The notes under the pieces: generated by a model
The model's input: only the letters and a program-made list of their open reading frames with translations
Database searches by the model: none
Told to the model about the DNA's origin: nothing
Part shown: one piece after another, positions 45,086 through 52,653 of the stretch
Position numbering within the stretch: the stretch's first letter is position 1
Layout of the letters: each line of letters begins with the position of its first letter
Position numbers and translations under genes: made by a program
From: an uncultured bacterium
GTDB lineage: Bacteria > Patescibacteriota > Microgenomatia > UBA1400 > CG1-02-47-37
Assembly (NCBI GenBank): GCA_963980215.1
Contig: CAXBYZ010000003.1
Span: 1 to 60,650, forward strand
DNA: 60,650 bases
Direction of reading: 5' to 3'

Positions 45086-45874
45086 ATGAAAGCCAGACCA
45101 ATAGGAGTTATCGACTCAGGCCTCGGAGGATTAAGCATCTTAAACACTCTAACCCCGATTCTTAAGAATGAGAAATTTATCTATCTAGCTGATCATCAAT
45201 ACTGCCCTTACGGAGACAGAACCAGTAAGCAGATAAATCAACGATTAGTAGCTATTACTAACTTTCTTTTAGAAAAAAACTGTAAACTCGTCGTCGTTGC
45301 CTGTAATACGATTACCACCACATCGATCAACTTCTTGCGATCAATCTATCCAGCAATTTTTTTTGTTGGTACGGTTCCAGCCATCAAACCCGCTATTGAA
45401 AAAAACCTAAAAGAAAACATTATTGTCTTGGCTACTCAAAAAACAGTCAGTAGTGAATACTTTCAAGAAATGATCTTTAATCTAGATAAAAAAGGAAAAG
45501 TCCACGGTATCGCCTCTCCAGGTTTGGTTGAGTCTATTGAGTCCGGAAACTTAAAAATAATCAAACAACAAATAAACAAGATTATAAAAAACATCAAAGC
45601 AAACTACAGTGCAATAGTTTTGGGTTGCACTCACTATATACTAGTCAAAGACATTATCAAGAAACTTACCCCCTTTAATGTGGTTATTCTGGAACCCAGT
45701 CAAGCAATAGCCAAACAAACCTGTAAAGTTCTTAAAGATAATAACCTGCTATCAAACCCTACCTTAAAAAAACCGACTACTTTCTACCTAACTACAGGAA
45801 ATCCCCAAAAAGCTACCCAAACAGCCAAAAAACTCTTAAACGATAGTATAATATTTGATAAATGCAGTATCTAA
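45086..45874 (+). CDS. murI: glutamate racemase
   Basis: Motifs IGVIDSGLGGLS, VVACNT and LGCTHY. Confidence 0.9.
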   Translation: MKARPIGVIDSGLGGLSILNTLTPILKNEKFIYLADHQYCPYGDRTSKQINQRLVAITNFLLEKNCKLVVVACNTITTTSINFLRSIYPAIFFVGTVPAIKPAIEKNLKENIIVLATQKTVSSEYFQEMIFNLDKKGKVHGIASPGLVESIESGNLKIIKQQINKIIKNIKANYSAIVLGCTHYILVKDIIKKLTPFNVVILEPSQAIAKQTCKVLKDNNLLSNPTLKKPTTFYLTTGNPQKATQTAKKLLNDSIIFDKCSI

Positions 45875-47211
45875 AAAAGAAAATCGCTATCTTGGGTTTT
45901 GGATTAGAATCACTTGATCTTCTCGAATGGTTAAAAACTAACTCCAAAGATTGCTCTACTACTATTTTTGACCAAAATCAGGACTTAAAGAAAACAAATG
46001 ATTCCTGCTCATATTCGCTAGGCAAAGACTACTTAAAAAATGGTCTTACAGATTTTGATATTATCTTTCGATCTCCCGGTTTCTACAGGCTCCACCCTGA
46101 GTTACAGAAAGCAGACAAGGCTGGAGTAGAGATAACAAGCGCCACCAAGTTATTCTTTAAATTATGCCCAGCCAAGATCCTTGGTGTGACTGGCACTAAA
46201 GGTAAGGGGACCACTGCCACCTTAATCAACAACATCATTAATCAGTCTGGTCAAAAATCATACATAGCCGGTAACATCGGTAAGCCTGCCCTAAACTTAC
46301 TAGATAAATTAACAAACAAAGATTGGGTTTGTCTTGAATTATCTAGTTTTCAACTTCAAGATCTTGATCTTAGCCCCCACATTGCAGTCATTCTTAACAT
46401 AACTAGCGAACACCTAGACGTTCATCAAACTACCCAAGAATATAGAGAAGCAAAACTAAACATTCTTTCTCACCAAAAAAAATCAGACTATGCAGTTATT
46501 AATCACGATTACGACACTACCAAAGAGTTTTCAAAACTAACCAAAGCAGAAATTTACTACTTTAGCCGTCACACCAAAGTAGATGGCAGCTATGTTGAAA
46601 AAAATCAAATCAAACTTAATCTCAACAATAAAATTATTTCAATCGGTTCAGCTGACAAACTTCTCCTTCGGGGTAGGCATAATCACGAAAACATCACCGC
46701 AGCTATCACTGCAGCTTATCTTTCAGGAGCAGATATTGACTCAATCAAATCAACAGTCTTCTCATTTAAGGGTTTGAAACATCGACTTCAATTAATCAAA
46801 GAAGTCAGAGGTATCACTTTCTACAACGACTCTTTCTCCACTACTCCAGAAACCGCCATAGCCGCTCTTCGATCATTCTCTCAGCCAATTACAATTATTT
46901 TAGGAGGTTCCTACAAAGGCTCAGATTACTCAGAATTGGCAACAGAGTTACATAGAAACCCATACTTAAAAAACATTATTTTAATTGGAGATATGGCTGC
47001 CGAGATCAAAAAATCAATAAAAGTGGCTGGAGGTACTCGAGCCAAAATTATTTACAAGCCCAGAAACATGACAAAAATTGTTAACTTTGCCTTTAAAGCT
47101 TCTGCAAAAAATGATGTAGTCATTCTCTCTCCAGCAGCAGCCAGCTTTGATATGTTCAAGAACTACAAAGACAGGGGAGAGCAATTTATAAAAGCAGTTA
47201 ACTATTTATAA
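45862..47211 (+). CDS. murD: UDP-N-acetylmuramoylalanine--D-glutamate ligase
   Basis: P-loop GVTGTKGKGTT, NITSEHLDVH and NDSFSTTPE. Confidence 0.9.
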   Translation: MQYLKKKIAILGFGLESLDLLEWLKTNSKDCSTTIFDQNQDLKKTNDSCSYSLGKDYLKNGLTDFDIIFRSPGFYRLHPELQKADKAGVEITSATKLFFKLCPAKILGVTGTKGKGTTATLINNIINQSGQKSYIAGNIGKPALNLLDKLTNKDWVCLELSSFQLQDLDLSPHIAVILNITSEHLDVHQTTQEYREAKLNILSHQKKSDYAVINHDYDTTKEFSKLTKAEIYYFSRHTKVDGSYVEKNQIKLNLNNKIISIGSADKLLLRGRHNHENITAAITAAYLSGADIDSIKSTVFSFKGLKHRLQLIKEVRGITFYNDSFSTTPETAIAALRSFSQPITIILGGSYKGSDYSELATELHRNPYLKNIILIGDMAAEIKKSIKVAGGTRAKIIYKPRNMTKIVNFAFKASAKNDVVILSPAAASFDMFKNYKDRGEQFIKAVNYL

Positions 47212-48297
47212 ATGAAAAAGAGAAAGCCAGACATCATTCTTCTAGTTTTGCTAATATTTCTCACTCTCTTTGGCATCATCATGGTCTACAATGCTTCAGT
47301 TTTCGAGAGTTATCAGTTATTTTCAGACAAATATTACTTTCTAAAGTTACAGATTTTATGGGTTGCTCTTGGGTTTTTAGGGTTGATAATTACTTCAAGT
47401 ATTTCCCTTGATTTCATTAGAAAAATTTCTCCTCTTGCCCTAGTTATCAACATTTTTCTTCTAATCATTGTTTTAATTCCTGGTCTATCAGATAAATCAT
47501 ACGGAGCCAGAAGGTGGATCAACATTGCCGGCTTTAATCTTCAGCCAACAGAGTTAATAAAATTGACCCTCAGTATCTACCTTGCTGCCTGGCTAGCAAA
47601 AAAAAGAAACTTTATTCCTTTCTTAGCAGTCCTAGGCTTTATCTTGGGTCTAATTATGCTTCAGCCGGACCTTGGCACCTCAATAGTGATTATTTTAATA
47701 GGTGTTGCCGTTTACTACATCTCCGGAGCCAAACTCACTCACTTAATTATTACCGGCCTTATTGGTTCTTTTTCAGGCCTAGCTTTAATCCTATCATCAC
47801 CTTACAGAAAAGCTCGCCTTCTTACATTTCTTAATCCAGCTTCGGATCCACTCGGTAGCTCTTACCACATTACTCAAGCTTTAATTGCTATTGGTTCAGG
47901 AGGATTTTGGGGTCTTGGCCTTGGTCAATCTCGTCAGAAGTACCAATTCTTACCCCAGGTAACTACTGACTCAATCTTTGCTATAGTTAGTGAAGAGATT
48001 GGTTTTTTTGGTACTTCTATTTTAGTTATTGCTTTATTTGCTTTTATTCAAAGAGGTTTCAGGATAGCTAGGCTAGCCAAAGATGACTTCTCAAAACTTT
48101 TAGCTACAGGTATCACTAGTTGGATTGGCATTCAAACCATCATCAACTTGGGAGCCATGTTAGCTTTACTTCCTCTTACCGGTGTGCCTCTCCCATTTAT
48201 TTCTTACGGTGGTTCGTCTATGATTGTAATGCTCACCGGAGTGGGCTTACTTTTAAATATCTCTAAAGATCAACTAAGTCTAAAGAAGAAAAGATGA
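47212..48297 (+). CDS. ftsW: SEDS-family cell-division protein FtsW
   Basis: Polytopic protein with LQPTELIKL, QPDLGT and PLPFISYGGSS. It sits between murD and murG. Confidence 0.88.
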   Translation: MKKRKPDIILLVLLIFLTLFGIIMVYNASVFESYQLFSDKYYFLKLQILWVALGFLGLIITSSISLDFIRKISPLALVINIFLLIIVLIPGLSDKSYGARRWINIAGFNLQPTELIKLTLSIYLAAWLAKKRNFIPFLAVLGFILGLIMLQPDLGTSIVIILIGVAVYYISGAKLTHLIITGLIGSFSGLALILSSPYRKARLLTFLNPASDPLGSSYHITQALIAIGSGGFWGLGLGQSRQKYQFLPQVTTDSIFAIVSEEIGFFGTSILVIALFAFIQRGFRIARLAKDDFSKLLATGITSWIGIQTIINLGAMLALLPLTGVPLPFISYGGSSMIVMLTGVGLLLNISKDQLSLKKKR

Positions 48298-49352
48298 ACA
48301 AAAAAATTGTTATTACTGGTACCCATCTCACTCCGGCTTTAGCTTTAATGGACAAGCTAAAAGAAAACTCATATCAACTTTACTATCTTGGAAGAAACAA
48401 CACCTTTGATAAAGAACTTGTCACCAAAAGAGGTGTTCACTTTACCGCTATCAGAACCCCCAAACTTAAAAGACACCAGCTACTACTATCCACACTAAAC
48501 GCACCTCTCCTTATTTTTAGTTTAATAAAATCAATTAAAGTACTAGTTGAAATTAAACCTATAACAGTAGTTAGCTTTGGAGGTTTTGTTGCCCTACCGG
48601 TTTGTTTGGCTGCAAAAATCTTAAGAATAAAACTAGTTATTCACGAACAAACTCTAAAAGCTGGTTTAACTACCAAGCTCACCGCGCCTTTGGCAAAGAC
48701 CATTGCCATTTCTTGGCCTCAAAGTCAAAAATACTTTAAAAAAGACAAGACAGTCCTCACTGGAAATCTTGTTAGAAAAGAATTACTAAAAATTACTTTA
48801 ACTTCAAAACTAACTAAAACTATATACATCACCGGGGGCAGTCAAGGTTCTTTGGTTATCAATCAAGTCACAACAAAACTTCTTAAAAAAATACTTAAAA
48901 ACTACAGAGTTTTTCACCAATTTGGTTTAGCTCAGGATCCACTTTTTTGGCAGCAAGCTTTAGACTTTAAGAACAATCTTCCAGAAAATCTTAAAAAGAA
49001 GTACACTTTAAGGCAGTGGTTTTCAGATAAAGAACTAAGCAATATCTTTAGCTCCGCTGACTTATTAATCAGTCGTTCTGGAATTAATACAGTTACCGAA
49101 GCCCTACTTCTAAAGATTAGATCAATTCTTATTCCACTACCTTATACTCAAAAAAATGAACAACTCAACAACGCAAACTTTCTAAAAAATCAAGGTTTAG
49201 CAATGGTAATAAAACAAAAAAACTTAAACCCAGATTCTTTATTAACAGCCATCAAATTAAGTTACAAAACCCTACCAAAGCCATTGTTTAGTAAAACCAT
49301 CTATCCAAATCTATCCAAATCAACAGATAAGTTATTTAAACTAGTAAAGTGA
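48294..49352 (+). CDS. murG: undecaprenyldiphospho-muramoylpentapeptide beta-N-acetylglucosaminyltransferase
   Basis: ITGGSQGS and SRSGINTVTEAL. The N-terminal G-rich loop is divergent (ITGTHLTPALAL). Position fits the dcw order. Confidence 0.8.
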   Translation: MNKKIVITGTHLTPALALMDKLKENSYQLYYLGRNNTFDKELVTKRGVHFTAIRTPKLKRHQLLLSTLNAPLLIFSLIKSIKVLVEIKPITVVSFGGFVALPVCLAAKILRIKLVIHEQTLKAGLTTKLTAPLAKTIAISWPQSQKYFKKDKTVLTGNLVRKELLKITLTSKLTKTIYITGGSQGSLVINQVTTKLLKKILKNYRVFHQFGLAQDPLFWQQALDFKNNLPENLKKKYTLRQWFSDKELSNIFSSADLLISRSGINTVTEALLLKIRSILIPLPYTQKNEQLNNANFLKNQGLAMVIKQKNLNPDSLLTAIKLSYKTLPKPLFSKTIYPNLSKSTDKLFKLVK

Positions 49353-50137
49353 CTCGAAAGAAAATAAAACGCCGTTTAAATAAATTTTCAATTAAATACT
49401 TGTGGCCGTTACTACCCGCTTTATTTTTAGTCGGAGTCACTATTCTTTTAGGTCAATTAAAAATATTTAACCTCAAAAACATTTCTTGTTATGTAGACAA
49501 CCACCAATGTTCTTTGGAGTTTGAACCATTTTTAGTAAGCTTAGTTAACCAAAATATTTTCAAACTAAAAAAATACACAACTATAAATCAACTCCTCGAA
49601 ATTGATAACAACCTGGTAGATGTAAAAATCAACAAGACTTTGCCAGACTCACTTAAAATTGAGTCCAAAAGAAGAGTAGCCATTGCTAAGGTCACTTTAG
49701 TAGAAGATCTAGACTTTACCAGTTTAACCAGTACCCAATCTGCAACCATATCGGGTCGGTTTAGTCAGAAGTTTTCATTCCTAGATAGATCCGGTGAGAT
49801 CTATGAAAAAAAAATAGTTTCAAATGAAAAACTCCCAAGAATACTACTAAATCCGTCAACAGATTTTAAGCTTGGCATCACCCCCGTCAGTCAACATCTT
49901 TCAAATTTAATCTCTTCACTAAATGAAAACTATGTGAGCTACGAAGAGATCGCGAAAGTCTCAAAAAACATAGTTATTGTTAAAACTACTCTCGGTCCAT
50001 TCTCGATATTTGATCTGAATAAATCTATCTCCCAGCAATCTACCTATTTACAATTTGTCTTATCAAACATTAAAATAGGAGAAGTAGTACCCATTAAAAT
50101 TGATCTAAGGTTTGATAAACCAATCCTTACTTACTAA
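49349..50137 (+). CDS. ftsQ: FtsQ/DivIB-like cell-division protein
   Basis: GTG start overlaps the murG stop. It has an N-terminal TM helix (LWPLLPALFLVGVTILL). It sits between murG and ftsA. Sequence similarity is weak. Confidence 0.6.
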   Translation: MTRKKIKRRLNKFSIKYLWPLLPALFLVGVTILLGQLKIFNLKNISCYVDNHQCSLEFEPFLVSLVNQNIFKLKKYTTINQLLEIDNNLVDVKINKTLPDSLKIESKRRVAIAKVTLVEDLDFTSLTSTQSATISGRFSQKFSFLDRSGEIYEKKIVSNEKLPRILLNPSTDFKLGITPVSQHLSNLISSLNENYVSYEEIAKVSKNIVIVKTTLGPFSIFDLNKSISQQSTYLQFVLSNIKIGEVVPIKIDLRFDKPILTY

Positions 50138-50138
50138 C

Positions 50139-51410
50139 ATGTCAAAAAACAAAATCATATCAGCCATTGACATAGGAACAACTAAAATAACCACTTTAAT
50201 TTCTAGTGTCAATGAAGAAGAAGACAAAATTAGCGTTATTGGAGTTTCTAGTACAGACAGCAAAGGTTTAAGAAAATCCCAAATTGTAGATATTGATGAA
50301 GCCATTGAGTCAATCACTCAGAGTGTTGAAAGTGCCGAAAGGATGGCTGGTTACTCAATCTCATCCTGCCTCACTTCAATTAGTGGCTCACACATAGAAT
50401 CAGTCAACTCAAAAGGAGTGGTTGCTGTTGCCCAACCAGACGATGAAATTTCCGATCATGACGTAAATAGAGTTATTGAGGCTGCTCGAGCTGTTTCCTT
50501 ACCTTCTTCAAGAGAAATCCTTCATGTTATCCCCAGAGACTTCAAGGTTGACTCTCAAGAAGGGGTAAAAGACCCCGTTGGCATGAGTGGTATTAGGCTA
50601 GAAGCAGAGGGTCACATCATCACCGGCTCATCAACGGCCATGAGAAACATAAGCAAATGCGTTTCAGAAATTGGAGTTGAAGTTGAGTCTTTAGTTTTTA
50701 CAGGTTTGGCTAGCTCTCAGGCAGTTTTGACTTCTACAGAAAAAGAACTTGGCGTTGTCTTGGTAGATATCGGCGGCGGCAGCACCTCTGTCACTATTTT
50801 CGTTGAAGGCTCTCTTTCATACTCAGCAGTTCTTCCAGTTGGCGCTAAAAACATAACCAACGATCTTGCTATTGGTTTAAGAGTCAGTTTAGAAACAGCT
50901 GAAAAAATAAAACTAGGTTTATCAAAGGTTAGTAAAAATCCAGATGAAGAAGATGCGGATGAACTCAACCCTAAAGATTTAGGATTAGGAGACGAGGTTA
51001 ACAAACTATCTAGGAAAACTCTAACCGAAGGAATTATCAGACCTAGACTAAACGAAATCTTTAACATGGTTGGAGAAGAGCTGAAAAAATCTGGTTTTGG
51101 TGGGGCTACTCCCGCAGGTGTAGTTATCACTGGCGGAGGAGCCTTAACAACAGGGGTTATTGATTCATGTAAAAGAAGTTTATCCCTGCCAGCCAGAGTC
51201 GGTTTCCCAAAAGGGCTATCAGGATTGGTTGATGAAATTAAATCACCAGCTTTTGCTACTTCTTGGGGCTTAATCCAATACGGACTCAAAAACTACAAAG
51301 GGGTAAAGTCTGGCCCTTCACTTAAATCAGTTACCAATATTCTGGGAAAACTGCCCCTTAAAGGTACTTTAGGAAAGGGCCTTAAGTTAATCAAATCGTT
51401 CTTGCCTTAA
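50139..51410 (+). CDS. ftsA: cell-division protein FtsA
   Basis: Actin-fold motifs AIDIGTTKI, VDIGGGSTS and VITGGGA, plus a C-terminal amphipathic tail. Start set at ATG 50139. Confidence 0.92.
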   Translation: MSKNKIISAIDIGTTKITTLISSVNEEEDKISVIGVSSTDSKGLRKSQIVDIDEAIESITQSVESAERMAGYSISSCLTSISGSHIESVNSKGVVAVAQPDDEISDHDVNRVIEAARAVSLPSSREILHVIPRDFKVDSQEGVKDPVGMSGIRLEAEGHIITGSSTAMRNISKCVSEIGVEVESLVFTGLASSQAVLTSTEKELGVVLVDIGGGSTSVTIFVEGSLSYSAVLPVGAKNITNDLAIGLRVSLETAEKIKLGLSKVSKNPDEEDADELNPKDLGLGDEVNKLSRKTLTEGIIRPRLNEIFNMVGEELKKSGFGGATPAGVVITGGGALTTGVIDSCKRSLSLPARVGFPKGLSGLVDEIKSPAFATSWGLIQYGLKNYKGVKSGPSLKSVTNILGKLPLKGTLGKGLKLIKSFLP

Positions 51411-51426
51411 GCATTAAAATAAGATA

Positions 51427-51437
51427 TTGTTATCATA
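51427..51437 (+). promoter_or_regulatory. extended -10 element (TTGTTATCATA) upstream of ftsZ
   Basis: An identical 11-mer is found upstream of ileS (52638-52648). Here it leaves a leader of about 35-40 nt. Confidence 0.4.
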
Positions 51438-51476
51438 ACTCCTGCCCGCTTTAATTAAATAAACTGCCCCAGATAT

Positions 51477-52625
51477 ATGGCTCTAGTTAAACCTGATATT
51501 AATACATTCGCAAAAATAAAAGTTCTTGGTGTTGGAGGCGGAGGCAATAATGCCATCGACTCCATGATTTCATCTGGTCAAATTAAAGGAGTCGAGTTTG
51601 TTGCCATAAACACAGATGCTCAGACTTTATTAACTTGCCAAGCTGAAACAAAAATTCAAATAGGTAACAAACTTACTCGCGGTTTGGGTTCTGGAGCTAA
51701 TCCTTCTGTTGGTAAAGAAGCAGCTGAAGAGTCTAGAGAAAAAATCCAAGAACTACTCTTTGATTCAGACATGGTCTTTATTACTTGTGGTATGGGTGGA
51801 GGTACGGGAACAGGAGCCAGTCCAGTTGTAGCTCAGATAGCCAAAGAAAGTGGAGCCCTAACCGTAGCCGTTGTTACCAAGCCATTCTTGTTTGAAGGCA
51901 CTAGAAGAATGATCACTGCCGAAGAGGGGATAGAGACTCTTAAAAAACAGGTCGACACTCAAATCGTTGTTCCCAATCAAAGACTAATGGATGTTATCGA
52001 TAAAAACTTAACCTTGATAGAAGCTTTTAAGATGGCCGATGGAATTTTATCCCAAGGAGTTCAAGGCATCTCAGACTTAATTACCACAGCTGGTTTAATT
52101 AATGTTGACTTTGCTGATGTCAAGACTATTATGGCCGACGCTGGCACTGCCTTAATGGGAATTGGTAACGGTGTTGGTGAAAATCGAGCCCAAACAGCCG
52201 CCAGAACCGCTATCTCCTCTCCACTCTTAGAAACCTCTATTGAGGGAGCAAAGGGAATGCTGTTTAACATTGTTGGAGGTACGGACCTTACCATGAGCGA
52301 GGTTAATCAAGCTTCAGAGATCATAGCTAGATCAACTGATGCTGATGCCAACATTATCTTTGGAGCCTCCATAGATGAATCGCTTGTTGATCAAATTAAA
52401 ATTACAGTGGTAGCAACAGGTTTTGATGAAACCAGACAAAAACTAAAAGAGCTTTCAAACAGATCAGTCAACGTTCCGCTGGTTTCTGATAGAGACTCTC
52501 AAATCTTAGACTCAGAACCTCAAATTAGGCCTAGCAATCAACCAGAAGAGCTATCAGAAGCTAAAGATGACGACGGCGAGTCAGACGAATTTGATATTCC
52601 TGCATTTTTAAGACAAGGCAGATAA
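51477..52625 (+). CDS. ftsZ: cell-division GTPase FtsZ
   Basis: GVGGGGNNA, tubulin signature GGGTGTGA, and C-terminal DIPAFLRQ. Confidence 0.97.
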   Translation: MALVKPDINTFAKIKVLGVGGGGNNAIDSMISSGQIKGVEFVAINTDAQTLLTCQAETKIQIGNKLTRGLGSGANPSVGKEAAEESREKIQELLFDSDMVFITCGMGGGTGTGASPVVAQIAKESGALTVAVVTKPFLFEGTRRMITAEEGIETLKKQVDTQIVVPNQRLMDVIDKNLTLIEAFKMADGILSQGVQGISDLITTAGLINVDFADVKTIMADAGTALMGIGNGVGENRAQTAARTAISSPLLETSIEGAKGMLFNIVGGTDLTMSEVNQASEIIARSTDADANIIFGASIDESLVDQIKITVVATGFDETRQKLKELSNRSVNVPLVSDRDSQILDSEPQIRPSNQPEELSEAKDDDGESDEFDIPAFLRQGR

Positions 52626-52637
52626 ATCAAGATTTTT

Positions 52638-52648
52638 TTGTTATCATA
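52638..52648 (+). promoter_or_regulatory. extended -10 element (TTGTTATCATA) upstream of ileS
   Basis: TGtTATCAT ends at 52647, 6 nt before ATG 52654. There is no SD. Confidence 0.4.
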
Positions 52649-52653
52649 CACAT

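Noticed and set aside
50717-51289. 190-aa ORF antisense to ftsA. Similar antisense ORFs occur in murA (36806-37228), murE (31967-32359), mraY (44395-44757), ftsZ (52061-52294) and elsewhere.
   Set aside because: All are embedded in strongly conserved genes on the opposite strand and have no family resemblance. They are treated as shadow ORFs.
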